DNA of 58,780 nucleotides from Kiritimatiellia bacterium (GTDB taxonomy: Bacteria; Verrucomicrobiota; Kiritimatiellia; SLAD01): NCBI GenBank assembly GCA_007125875.1, contig SLCI01000094.1:1-58780 (forward strand), given 5' to 3'. Below the pieces are notes generated by a model. That model saw only the letters and a program-made list of their open reading frames with translations. It made no database searches and was not told where the DNA came from. Position numbers and translations under genes: made by a program. Numbering within the stretch: position 1 is the stretch's first letter; each line of letters begins with the position of its first letter. This document shows, one piece after another, positions 1 through 10,630 of this stretch.

Positions 1-2
1 AC

Positions 3-239
3 ACCTCACTGGCTGAAGCCCGTGACACAGGGCTGCTGGTTCATGATCGCTCGATCATCATCGCTACCTACGCACTTTGCGGATTCGCCAACTTTTCCTC
101 AATCGGGATCCAGATTGGCGGTATCAGCGTGCTTGCGCCCGAGAAGCGTGCCCTGCTTTGTACGCTCGGCGTACGCGCTATGATCGGCGGTACCGTCGCG
201 ACCTTGCTGACCGCGACCATCGCCGGCGTCCTGGTATGA
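3..239 (+). CDS. Concentrative nucleoside transporter (NupC/CNT family), C-terminal fragment; the 5' end lies outside the window
   Basis: The frame-3 translation ...IIIATYALCGFANFSSIGIQIGGISVLAPEKRALLCTLGVRAMIGGTVATLLTATIAGVLV* ends at TGA 237-239. It resembles the conserved C-terminus of NupC/CNT transporters. It is absent from the ORF track because no start codon lies in the window. Confidence 0.7.
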   Translation, partial: TSLAEARDTGLLVHDRSIIIATYALCGFANFSSIGIQIGGISVLAPEKRALLCTLGVRAMIGGTVATLLTATIAGVLV

Positions 240-279
240 GGGAATAGGTAGGGGCTTCGGTCTCTCCTTTTCCTCTCTC

Positions 280-309
280 GTAATCTTGATCCTAATCATA
301 ATCATAATC
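280..309. repeat. Imperfect hexanucleotide tandem repeat (NTAATC) x5
   Basis: The tract reads GTAATC TTGATC CTAATC ATAATC ATAATC directly. It is preceded by GGTCTCTCC plus a T/C-rich run. Confidence 0.85.
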
Positions 310-344
310 AGTCACGGTTGGTCACGGGCATGTCGTGAAGGGAC

Positions 345-460
345 GAGGCTGTTGGTAGGGATTGAGATGTCTCGACAAGCTCGACATGACATCGCGTTTA
401 CATAGGTTGTAGGATGAGCCTCTGTGTCCGGCGCAACCCTGTTCACGTTCCCGCCACCCG
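345..460. repeat. 116-bp intergenic repeat core, copy 1; contains GAGATGTCTCGACAAGCTCGACATGAC and CTGTTCACGTTCCCGCCACCCG modules
   Basis: It matches 700-815 except at two positions (415/770 and 437/792), at an offset of 355 bp. Confidence 0.9.
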
Positions 461-623
461 AGTAAGGTGGCCTACAGCTCCGCGACGTGAACGCAGTGGC
501 GACCTTTGTGTCGCCCTCGTCGGGGGATGCTAGGTGGTGCCTGTTGCGAGAACAGGACCGGACGGAGGTTGCCCCTCCAGTTGGTCTTTACCGTCATGTT
601 TGGCCGCGAGGGTCTCTCTTTTC

Positions 624-659
624 ATAATCTTAATCTTAATCTTACGCTTAATCGTAATC
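624..659. repeat. Imperfect hexanucleotide tandem repeat (NTAATC) x6
   Basis: The tract reads ATAATC TTAATC TTAATC TTACGC TTAATC GTAATC. It is preceded by GGTCTCTC plus a T-run, the same layout as 258-309. Confidence 0.85.
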
Positions 660-699
660 GGACGCGTTGACGGTTCGTCGTGGGTTTCCGTGTGAGGCT

Positions 700-815
700 G
701 AGGCTGTTGGTAGGGATTGAGATGTCTCGACAAGCTCGACATGACATCGCGTTTACATAGGTTGTAGGACGAGCCTCTGTGTCCGGCGCAATCCTGTTCA
801 CGTTCCCGCCACCCG
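700..815. repeat. 116-bp intergenic repeat core, copy 2
   Basis: It is near-identical to 345-460, with 2 mismatches in 116. It lies about 58 bp downstream of the carB stop on the minus strand. Confidence 0.9.
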
Positions 816-872
816 TGGAAGGGTGTAAAGTTCCTCAACGTGAACCTTGTCGGAGGATGGCCGGGTCGGCCC

Positions 873-3800
873 TCACGCAAAATAGTCCTGCAACGCCTTA
901 ACGCCCCAACCATTATCGCGGATATGTCGAATTGCGGCTACGGATGCGCGGGCACCCGGTTCGGTCGTGATAATTGGCACTCCACGCAATACGGCTTCGG
1001 ACCGAATCCGAGTCTCGTCCACGCGTGCAGCGGTGCCGCTAACGGTGTTGACGATCATTTTGACCTCTCCTCGCAGCATTAAATCCATAATCGTCGGACT
1101 CTGCTTTTCTGCTAATTTATGAACCACTTGAGCTGTCAGTCCATGTTGTTCCAGGGCAGCCGCCGTCCCCTGAGTGGAAATGAGACCAAAACCCAGCTCC
1201 GTTAGCTCGCGCCCGATCTCCACCATCCAGTCTTTATCGGCATCACGCGCACTCAGAAAGATCAGGCCCGCGTCCGGCAGATGCTGACCCGCCGCAATCT
1301 GACTCTTCCAATACGCCGTCTCTAAACTGCTATCGATGCCCATCACCTCGCCAGTCGACTTCATTTCCGGACCGAGAATCGGATCCACGCCCGAGAAGCG
1401 ATTGAAGGGGAAAACGGCTTCCTTAACCGCATGCCATGTGACCGGCCTCGGCGGGGCTGGGTATCCGATCTCATCGAATGTCTTCCCTGTAGCCACCTGA
1501 GCAGCAATCTTTGCCATCGGGACCCCGGTGGCTTTGCTGACATACGGCACGGTGCGTGAAGCGCGGGGATTGATCTCAATTACATAAAGCTCATCGCCCG
1601 CAACCGCCCACTGCGAATTCATGAGGCCACGCACATTGAGCTCCAAGGCAATAGCCGATACAGCTTCTTTAATCCGCGCCACGATATCTTCCGATAGGCT
1701 GTGCGGTGGTATCGAACAGGCACTGTCGCCGGAGTGAATCCCGGCCGCTTCGACGTGTTGCATCACGCCACCGACATACACGCGCTCGCCATCGCTGACG
1801 CAATCCACGTCCACTTCGATCGCACCTTCCAGATAACGATCGAGCAGTACAGGGAAATCGGGACTCACCTTCAATGCCGCGCGCACAAACGGTTCAATGT
1901 CCTCATCCTTATACGCCACCATCATGGCGCGCCCGCCCAGCACGTAGGAGGGACGCACCATCACCGGATAACCGATTCGCTGCGCAATGGCTAAGGCTTC
2001 CTCAACACTGGTTGCGGTATCGCTTTCCGGCTGTTTCAGTCCCAACTTATCCAGCAGCGCGCGACACTGCTTACGGTCCTCAGCCCGATCAATGCTTTCC
2101 GGCGAGGTCCCCAAGATCGGCACGCCCGCTTTCATCAGCGGTACTGCCAAGTTCAAAGGTGTCTGGCCGCCCATCTGCACGATCACACCCATCGGCTGCT
2201 CGTTTTCGTAGATGTTCATCACATCCTCAAAGGTCAACGGCTCGAAATACAACTTGTCCGCCGTGTCATAATCGGTGCTGACCGTCTCGGGATTGCTGTT
2301 CACCATGATCGTTTCATAGCCAAGGTCGCGCAGGGCTTGCACGGTGTGTACGCAGCAGTAATCGAACTCAATTCCTTGACCAATTCGGTTCGGGCCACTC
2401 CCCAAAATCATCACCTTGGGCCTATCACTCGGGCGCGACTCATCGCGCTCCGCGTAACTGGAATAAAAGTAGGGGGTATACGCCTCAAATTCGCCCGCGC
2501 AGGTGTCGACCAATCGGTACACCGGCTTGACGCCGGCCGCGATGCGCTGCTGGCGAATGTCCAGCTCGGTTAGATTATTTCCGCGCAGCGCAGCAATTTG
2601 ACGATCCGAAAAACCGGACTCCTTTGCGAGTCGCCATAAATCAGGCGTCAGCTCCTCGGCGTCCATCAGCTCGCGTTCGATTTCGACGATCCGAGCGAAT
2701 TGATCCACGAACCAAGGATCGATATGCGTTAATTCAGCAATGCGCTCGGGCGTGAAACCATGCTTCAGGGCATACTTCACGTTGAAATGGCGATCGGTGT
2801 CGGTCCGTGCCAGTTCCTTTTCGATCTCCGGTTTATTGACGAGATCTTCGGCCCGCAAGTCCAAGCCCGCCACACCGATTTCCAAGCCACGAAAGGCTTT
2901 CTGCACCGCTTCGCGGAAGTTGCGACCAATCGCCATCGTCTCACCGACCGACTTCATGCTCACACCCAATTTGGGGTCGGCACCGGGAAACTTCTCAAAA
3001 GCGAAGCGCGGCACTTTCACGACGCAATAATCAATCGTCGGCTCGAAGCTCGCCGGGGTATCGCGCGTAATATCGTTGGGCAGCTCGTCCAGTGTGTAAC
3101 CGACCGCCAACTTGGCCGCAATCTTGGCAATCGGGTAACCGGTTGCCTTACTGGCCAAGGCTGAACTACGCGAGACGCGTGGGTTCATTTCAATCACGAC
3201 CATACGGCCCGTTTCAGGATGAATCGCAAATTGCACGTTGGATCCGCCGGTATCGACGCCAATCACGCGCAGCACCGCGATGCTCCAGTCACGCATCTTC
3301 TGGTACTCCGCATCCGTCAGCGTTTGCGTTGGGGCCACGGTGATGCTGTCGCCCGTATGCACGCCCATCGGGTCCAGGTTCTCGATTGAGCAGATGATCA
3401 CGCAATTGTCTTTGCGATCCCGTACGACCTCCATCTCGAACTCTTTCCAGCCCAGCGCCGATTCCTCCAGTAGCACTTCTCCGACACGACTGGCTTTAAT
3501 CCCGCCCGTAACAATGCGGTCAAGCTCTTCCATATCATAGGCTGTGCCGCCGCCCGTTCCGCCCAAGGTGTAGCTGGACCGCACAATGATCGGAAATCCG
3601 ATTTCTTCTGCGACCTCGCGGGCCCGTGCCAAACTATTGACGCGTTCACTCTTCAAACATTCCAAGCCCGCCGCGGTCATGGCCTCTTTGAATAGTTCGC
3701 GATCTTCGGCCCGCTTGATCACATCCACTTTCGCGCCGATCAGTTCCACGCCGAGCTCATCCAGCGTGCCGTTTTCGGCCACTTCCAGGGCAGTGTTCAG

Positions 3801-4085
3801 GCCCGTCTGACCGCCCAAGGTCGGCAGTAGGGCATCTGGCCGCTCAATTTCGATAATCTTGCGCACTGCCTCGGCCGTAATGGGCTCGACATAGGTTCGG
3901 TCTGCCACGTTCGGATCGGTCATGATCGTGGCTGGGTTACTATTGATCAGCACCACTTCGTAGCCTTCCTCGCGCAACGCCTTACAGGCTTGCGTGCCGG
4001 AATAGTCGAACTCGCAGGCTTGTCCGATCACAATCGGACCGGACCCGATTAACATGATTTTCTTGATATCAGTACGTTTCGGCAT
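873..4085 (-). CDS. carB: Carbamoyl-phosphate synthase large subunit
   Basis: The ORF is 1070 aa and starts [30 protein letters not shown]. It has duplicated ATP-grasp halves (second half ...[21 protein letters not shown]) and a C-terminal MGS-like domain. Confidence 0.97.
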   Translation of the reverse strand: MPKRTDIKKIMLIGSGPIVIGQACEFDYSGTQACKALREEGYEVVLINSNPATIMTDPNVADRTYVEPITAEAVRKIIEIERPDALLPTLGGQTGLNTALEVAENGTLDELGVELIGAKVDVIKRAEDRELFKEAMTAAGLECLKSERVNSLARAREVAEEIGFPIIVRSSYTLGGTGGGTAYDMEELDRIVTGGIKASRVGEVLLEESALGWKEFEMEVVRDRKDNCVIICSIENLDPMGVHTGDSITVAPTQTLTDAEYQKMRDWSIAVLRVIGVDTGGSNVQFAIHPETGRMVVIEMNPRVSRSSALASKATGYPIAKIAAKLAVGYTLDELPNDITRDTPASFEPTIDYCVVKVPRFAFEKFPGADPKLGVSMKSVGETMAIGRNFREAVQKAFRGLEIGVAGLDLRAEDLVNKPEIEKELARTDTDRHFNVKYALKHGFTPERIAELTHIDPWFVDQFARIVEIERELMDAEELTPDLWRLAKESGFSDRQIAALRGNNLTELDIRQQRIAAGVKPVYRLVDTCAGEFEAYTPYFYSSYAERDESRPSDRPKVMILGSGPNRIGQGIEFDYCCVHTVQALRDLGYETIMVNSNPETVSTDYDTADKLYFEPLTFEDVMNIYENEQPMGVIVQMGGQTPLNLAVPLMKAGVPILGTSPESIDRAEDRKQCRALLDKLGLKQPESDTATSVEEALAIAQRIGYPVMVRPSYVLGGRAMMVAYKDEDIEPFVRAALKVSPDFPVLLDRYLEGAIEVDVDCVSDGERVYVGGVMQHVEAAGIHSGDSACSIPPHSLSEDIVARIKEAVSAIALELNVRGLMNSQWAVAGDELYVIEINPRASRTVPYVSKATGVPMAKIAAQVATGKTFDEIGYPAPPRPVTWHAVKEAVFPFNRFSGVDPILGPEMKSTGEVMGIDSSLETAYWKSQIAAGQHLPDAGLIFLSARDADKDWMVEIGRELTELGFGLISTQGTAAALEQHGLTAQVVHKLAEKQSPTIMDLMLRGEVKMIVNTVSGTAARVDETRIRSEAVLRGVPIITTEPGARASVAAIRHIRDNGWGVKALQDYFA

Positions 4086-4116
4086 AGGAATTCAATCTCA
4101 ATGTGCGGTGGATGAT

Positions 4117-4230
4117 TTTCCAATCGTTGGAAGATTTTTTCGTGAGTTTTCCAATCGTTGGAAGAATTCGGGCGCTATTTTCCAATCATTGGAAGAAAAA
4201 TGAGGGGTGTTTTCCAATCGTTGGAAAACA
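4117..4230. repeat. Array of four phased palindromes (TTTTCCAA-TCG/TCA-TTGGAAG/A units) between guaA and carB
   Basis: The 15-nt palindromic cores TTCCAATCGTTGGAA lie at 4119-4133, 4150-4164, 4181-4195 (central TCA) and 4213-4227. Centre-to-centre spacing is 31, 31 and 32 bp, and the 11-12-nt spacers are unrelated to each other. Confidence 0.9.
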
Positions 4231-4254
4231 TCAAAAAGAAGGGTGCTCATGATA

Positions 4255-5795
<1,541 letters not shown>

Positions 5796-5799
<4 letters not shown>

Positions 5800-6890
5800 G
5801 CGCCTTGTGCTCCCATCATACGAATGAAATCATCAAATAAGTACGCGGCGTCATGCGGCCCGGGCGCGGCTTCAGGATGATACTGCACCGAGAACATAGG
5901 CCGCTTTTTATGACGCAAGCCCTCCGATGTACCATCATTCAAATTGACGTGCGTGGTTTCCAAAGCATCGGGATCGAGCGAATCTTTATCGACGCAAAAG
6001 CCATGATTTTGAGAAGTGATCTCGATTAGTCCGGTACGCAGATTTTTGACCGGCTGATTTGCGCCGCGATGACCAAACTTTAGTTTATAGGTCTTGCCTC
6101 CGTGAGCGAGGGCCAGCAATTGATGCCCGAAACATATCCCAAAGGTTGGTACGCCGTGATCAACTAACTCACGGATCGTCGCAATCACTTGGGGCACCGT
6201 ATCCGGATCGCCTGGGCCGTTGGAAATGAAGAACCCGTCCGGTTTAGTCGCCAAAATATCGCCAGCCGATTGCTTGTTGGAGAAGACCGTCGCACCGATG
6301 CCGCGTTCTGCCATCATACGCAACTGATTCCGTTTAACTCCGCAATCCAGCACAGCAATACGATAGGCAGGATTCTCATTTGGCCAATCATAAGCTTCTG
6401 GCGTACTCACTTCGCTGGTTAAGTCGCGACCGATCAGGCTGGGGGATTGGCGGGCTTTCTCGACCAGACTGTCGGGATCGGTATCGGTGGTGGACATCAC
6501 GCATTTCATGGCACCCTTGGACCGGATGTGTAGCGTCACTGCGCGCGTGTCGACCTCATGCACGCCAAGGATCTTGTTCTCGACCAGATACTCCTCCAGC
6601 GACTTTGTGCTACGCCAGTTACTGCGGATGCGACTGGCTTCCGTGATGATTAACCCCGCTGCGTGCGGCTTCCACGATTCGATATCCTCATCGTTGATGC
6701 CGTAATTACCGATCAGCGGGTAGGTTAAGGTGACGATTTGACCGTGATAGGAAGGATCCGTGAGGATTTCCTGATAGCCCGTCATGGAGGTGTTGAAGAC
6801 GAGTTCACCGTAGGCTTCGCCATCGCCGGCAAAGGCGCGTCCACGAAAAGTTGTGCCGTCTTCGAGTGCGATAATAGCGTTTTTTGTCAT
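5796..6890 (-). CDS. carA: Carbamoyl-phosphate synthase small (glutaminase) subunit
   Basis: It combines a CPSase small-chain N-domain with a class-I GATase (GICFGHQLL, YHPEA). The ORF opens at 6977, but the conserved N-terminus MTKNAIIALEDGTTFRG begins at ATG 6888-6890. The stop overlaps the guaA start (ATGA at 5796-5799). Confidence 0.93.
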
Positions 6891-7041
6891 ACGAAATCCG
6901 ATTTTTGACCGCCTTCTTTGCCCAGTTGCCTCGGCATTGTGGGAATTTGCTTCGCCGAGTCGAGGATAATCAGACAACTCATCACATTTTTGTAAAAACA
7001 GGCGAAAATATTGGTGAATTTAGGACGCCTCCGGAGTCCTG

Positions 7042-7797
7042 TTAGTGTTTACGTTGGCACTTCGGACAGAAATAGGTGCTGCGCTTGGAGGGTGGCATGC
7101 GGATCACAGCAATTCGAGTGCTGCATGTATGGCATGGTTCGCGATGACGCTGATACACACGATGAATCCAACGTCCGCCTTGTTCGAGGCTCTCTTGCAT
7201 GACTTGCCGCATGGCGTCTGAGAGGCGGACAAGCGCGTCATTCGTCACAGTGTTAGCGGGTACACGGGGATCGATTTCGGCCAGAAAGAGAGCCTCGGAC
7301 TTGGCCACATTCCCGATCCCTGCGATAACCGCCTGATCCAATATGGCCTCTGAGATCGGTTTTCGCTGCACCTTGAGCTTGGCGATCACTTCCTCGCGGG
7401 GATAAGGATCAGCTAGAATATCGGGTCCGAGTCGTTTTGTTATATCCTCTGCCTGTTGGTGGGTAATGAACTCAAGTACTTGTCCGTTGATGTTACATAT
7501 TGCAGATGAACCTGATTCAATCACGAGCCAATATTGGGTTGGGATAAACAGAAACGGACCTTTCGCCATCCGCCATTTACCACGCATCAGCAGATGGTTA
7601 TGCAGAACCCAATCGGGCCCAATCTCAATGAATATGTGTTTGCCTTTACAGTAACAGCGCGCAACCGTTTGGCCTGCCAATTGTTCAGCCGTTGCGCTGA
7701 GATCTTGACGCTCGGTTAGTATCCGATCTGCGCGCCGTCCTTGCAGGTGACGGGCGAGCCATTGCGTGCGTAATTTCACCTGTGGACCTTCTGACAT
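7042..7797 (-). CDS. Fpg/Nei-family DNA glycosylase/AP lyase (endonuclease VIII-like)
   Basis: The N-terminus is MSEGPQVK (compare MPEGPE in Nei). It has an H2TH segment LDQAVIAGIGNVAKSEALFLAEIDP and a C-terminal zinc finger CHTC...CPKCQ. Confidence 0.85.
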   Translation of the reverse strand: MSEGPQVKLRTQWLARHLQGRRADRILTERQDLSATAEQLAGQTVARCYCKGKHIFIEIGPDWVLHNHLLMRGKWRMAKGPFLFIPTQYWLVIESGSSAICNINGQVLEFITHQQAEDITKRLGPDILADPYPREEVIAKLKVQRKPISEAILDQAVIAGIGNVAKSEALFLAEIDPRVPANTVTNDALVRLSDAMRQVMQESLEQGGRWIHRVYQRHREPCHTCSTRIAVIRMPPSKRSTYFCPKCQRKH

Positions 7798-7885
7798 CGG
7801 CGCAATGTACCTGAGATTCTGTTCGGGTTGAATATTTACAGGAAATTATTCGTTACGACTGATTTGGAGTGCTAGGGTTCGCGGC

Positions 7886-8470
7886 GTGAATGAAGAAATA
7901 GATAATCTCGATCATGCCAGAGCAGAGAAAAAGAGCTCTTGGTTCGAGCGGCTGCTGGATTGGACGCCTCGTTGGCTAATCGTGGTGGCTGGACTCGCTG
8001 CCGGGATATCCATTTTGTCCTATGGTCTGCGGCAAATGTTGATTGCAGGTGATGAAACGACAATCTGGATGTTCGGGCTTTTTCATTTTGCTGGTTATCT
8101 ATTTTTTATCGTCTCTCCGGTCGAAATCCTATACGCGCGGATGGTGGAATTTAACCATGGCCTGGTGCTCTTATGGACGGTTGCTGTCGGCACAGCCCTG
8201 CTAGGGCAAGCAATTGATTATATGATTGGCTATGCGTTCAGTGACGCGGTGATCAAGAATTTGATTGGTGAGAAGAAGTATAAGCGCTACTACAACCGGA
8301 TCGATCGATATGGCGGGATGACCATCTTCTTCTTTTGCCTTTTCCCGTTATCATCGCCCATCGTGCTTTTGGTTGCAGGTATGATTCGTTATCCGGCCGG
8401 CTGGGCTGCATTGTTTAGCGCAGTTGGGTTATCCATCAAATATGCCGTGATTGCCTTCATGATCCTCTAA
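7886..8470 (+). CDS. YqaA-like membrane protein (DedA/VTT superfamily, COG1238-like)
   Basis: The ORF is 194 aa with about 4-5 TM segments. The segments LGQAIDYMIGYAF and DRYGGMTIFFFCLFPLSSPIVLLVAGMIRYP align by eye to E. coli YqaA. The start is GTG, so its position is uncertain. Confidence 0.6.
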   Translation: MNEEIDNLDHARAEKKSSWFERLLDWTPRWLIVVAGLAAGISILSYGLRQMLIAGDETTIWMFGLFHFAGYLFFIVSPVEILYARMVEFNHGLVLLWTVAVGTALLGQAIDYMIGYAFSDAVIKNLIGEKKYKRYYNRIDRYGGMTIFFFCLFPLSSPIVLLVAGMIRYPAGWAALFSAVGLSIKYAVIAFMIL

Positions 8471-8486
8471 TCCAATAGATTCCGCG

Positions 8487-10262
8487 ATGATCCAACCCAA
8501 GTTTAGACCGTTAGAATATGCCTATCACAGTCACCGTCCAATTCGGACGCTGTTCAAGCTGGTGGCGCGTCCCACTTGGTTCTATGTGGCGGTTTTGCTG
8601 GTCCTTGTCATCAAGCACTCTCCTGTGTGGGTTGTCCCATTTCTGACCGCGCAAGTGATTGATAGCCTGACTGAGCCCGGAGCCTTTTCAGTTCGCGATA
8701 TGTCGATCTATTTCGGCACGGTCTTTTTTCTCGTAATCCAGAATGTGCCCATGCAAACCCTGTTTGTTTCCATGCTCAGCGGTGCAACACGTGACTTGGA
8801 GCATACCCTTCGTACGGCCCTGGTGACGCGTCTGCAGCAGTTATCGATTGCGTTTCATGACCGCACCGAAACGGGACGTTTGCAGGCGAAAGTCTTACGG
8901 GATGTGGAACAAGTACAGCATTTCTGTATGCAGGTGTTTGAGGGCGGGGCCTTGGCCATTCTTTCGGTCTTATTCGCAGCGACCGTAACCGCCATTCGAG
9001 AACCGCGCCTTTTGCTTTTCTTCATTGTGATGGTGCCGGTCGTTGTAACCTTGCGGACTATCTTCCGGCGTCGTATTCGTGAACGAAATCGCGACTTTCG
9101 CTCGGAAGTGGAACGCATGTCAGCGGATGTGTCCGAAATGATCAATATGATCCCGGTCGTACGCGCGCACGGCTTGGAAGATAAGGAAACACAGCGGATA
9201 GAGTCTCAACTTGGGGTGGTGAATCAACGCGGTCGCCGCTTGGACATGATTAATGCCGTATTCGGTGCCTCAGCCTTTGCGACGTTTCAGATGGCCATGA
9301 TCATCGGCTTGCTAGTGCTGACTATCTTTTGTCTGCGCGGCATGATCACTGTTGGCGACATTGTGCTCTACCAAAGCTTGTTTGCAATGATCGTGATGAG
9401 CGTCTCGCATGTATTAAACTTTTATCCGCAATTCGCGCGCGGATTGGAATCGATTCGATCGATTGGCGAAGTCTTGGAGTGTCCTGACATTGAAGAAAAC
9501 CAGGGACGCAAGGTAGTCGAGCAGTTGCATGGGCAAGTCAGTTTTGATCACGTCACATTCGGCTATGGTGATGATAAGGCCCCGGCGGTAGCCGATTTCT
9601 CTTTGCATGTCACTCCGGGTGAATGCATAGCGCTGGTTGGCCCCAGTGGCGCGGGCAAGTCTACGTTGATGCAATTGTTGATTGGGTTCCGACGGCCTCA
9701 GGCGGGTACGATTACATTTGACGGACAGAACATGGAAGACATCGATATGCGCACTGCGCGACGATTTATCTCGGTTGTTCCGCAAGAGACCTTTCTTTTT
9801 TCAGGTTCGATCCGCGACAACATCATTTATGGCCTAGGCGACGTGAGTGAAGAGAAAGTGCGCAAAATTCTCGAGGCAGCCAATCTAGTAGAGATGATTG
9901 ATAGCCTGCCGCAAGGGTTGGATACGCGTATAGGTGAAGATGGCGCGATGCTGTCCGGAGGCCAACGCCAGCGCGTGGCGATTGCGCGGGCACTTATTCG
10001 TGATCCGCGCATTCTGGTGTTGGATGAGGCGACCTCGGCATTGGACGTGGTTTCGGAACGCAAGGTGCAGGACGCGATTGATCATGCCGTACGCGATCGG
10101 ACGACGTTTATCGTCGCGCATCGCTTGTCAACCATTCGGAAAGCGGACCGGATTGTCGTGATGCGAGATGGGCACGTGGCGGCTATCGGTTCGTATGACG
10201 AACTGATGGCTCAACCCGGCCTATTTCGCGACATGCAACAGTTGCAAGATTTGAGCAGGTAA
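8487..10262 (+). CDS. ABC exporter, fused permease/ATPase (MsbA-like type I exporter)
   Basis: An N-terminal 6-TM domain is followed by Walker A GPSGAGKST, signature LSGGQRQR and Walker B ILVLDEATSALD. Confidence 0.9.
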   Translation: MIQPKFRPLEYAYHSHRPIRTLFKLVARPTWFYVAVLLVLVIKHSPVWVVPFLTAQVIDSLTEPGAFSVRDMSIYFGTVFFLVIQNVPMQTLFVSMLSGATRDLEHTLRTALVTRLQQLSIAFHDRTETGRLQAKVLRDVEQVQHFCMQVFEGGALAILSVLFAATVTAIREPRLLLFFIVMVPVVVTLRTIFRRRIRERNRDFRSEVERMSADVSEMINMIPVVRAHGLEDKETQRIESQLGVVNQRGRRLDMINAVFGASAFATFQMAMIIGLLVLTIFCLRGMITVGDIVLYQSLFAMIVMSVSHVLNFYPQFARGLESIRSIGEVLECPDIEENQGRKVVEQLHGQVSFDHVTFGYGDDKAPAVADFSLHVTPGECIALVGPSGAGKSTLMQLLIGFRRPQAGTITFDGQNMEDIDMRTARRFISVVPQETFLFSGSIRDNIIYGLGDVSEEKVRKILEAANLVEMIDSLPQGLDTRIGEDGAMLSGGQRQRVAIARALIRDPRILVLDEATSALDVVSERKVQDAIDHAVRDRTTFIVAHRLSTIRKADRIVVMRDGHVAAIGSYDELMAQPGLFRDMQQLQDLSR

Positions 10263-10285
10263 AGGCTGCGACGGATGACAGGATA

Positions 10286-10327
10286 CTGTTGGTGAGGAAT
10301 GAGATGTCTCGGCAAGCTCGACATGAC
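10286..10327. repeat. Short copy of the dispersed repeat module (CTGTTGGT..GAGATGTCTCGGCAAGCTCGACATGAC)
   Basis: It matches the 5' part of the 116-bp core at 345-390 and 700-745 directly. Confidence 0.85.
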
Positions 10328-10392
10328 TTGAGGCTTTAGTGCGGCGCGTGTGATTGGCTTACATACAATAGAGTGGGTTCTGAAAAGAATCT

Positions 10393-10420
10393 GTCATTCC
10401 GAGCGAAGTCGAGGAATCTC
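10393..10420. repeat. Short hairpin element GTCATTCCGAGCGAAGTCGAGGAATCTC
   Basis: The ATTCC/GGAAT arms form an inverted repeat. It is a single copy in this window and sits between two copies of the other repeat module. Confidence 0.5.
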
Positions 10421-10493
10421 ATTCAACACCAGCAGCCCGTGCTGGCGGAGGGAACGTCGACTGTAAGTCTGCGGTGTATGTGGATTGCGGTGG

Positions 10494-10536
10494 GCTGTTG
10501 GTGTGGATCGAGATGTCTCGGCAAGCTCGACACGAC
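10494..10536. repeat. Short copy of the dispersed repeat module (GCTGTTGGT..GAGATGTCTCGGCAAGCTCGACACGAC)
   Basis: This is the fourth copy of the GAGATGTCTCGRCAAGCTCGACAYGAC core in the window. Confidence 0.85.
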
Positions 10537-10608
10537 CACGAACTACTTAAGCGCGCTCTATTATCGTAGCTCATCCGGAGGATTCGCCCAATAAACGGCT
10601 TGCCAAAT

Positions 10609-10630
10609 CTGTTCACGTTTCCGCCACCCG
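10609..10630. repeat. Third copy of the CTGTTCACGTT(T)CCGCCACCCG module
   Basis: It matches 439-460 and 794-815 with one extra T. It lacks the distal ACGTGAAC arm seen in the other two copies. Confidence 0.8.

Noticed and set aside
441-845. The GTTCACGT...ACGTGAAC arms as parS-like centromere sites (parS consensus TGTTTCACGTGAAACA).
   Set aside because: The two half-sites are separated by 32-36 nt rather than abutting, and the half-site sequence differs. No parAB genes lie nearby.
99-1082. ORFs 99-305(-), 530-913(-) and 840-1082(+) in the nupC-carB spacer.
   Set aside because: They read straight through hexamer microsatellites and duplicated repeat cores, or run antisense to the carB 3' end. 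They have low-complexity or Arg/Pro-rich translations and no RBS.
4117-4230. A miniature CRISPR array, read as palindromic repeats with unique spacers.
   Set aside because: There are only four units. The spacers are just 11-12 nt and the repeats ~19 nt, far below CRISPR dimensions. There are no cas genes or leader. The array lies inside a biosynthetic operon.
10373-10616. ORFs 10373-10594(+) and 10419-10616(-) in the ABC-grx spacer.
   Set aside because: They are composed of the repeat and hairpin modules, have no RBS, and overlap each other on opposite strands.
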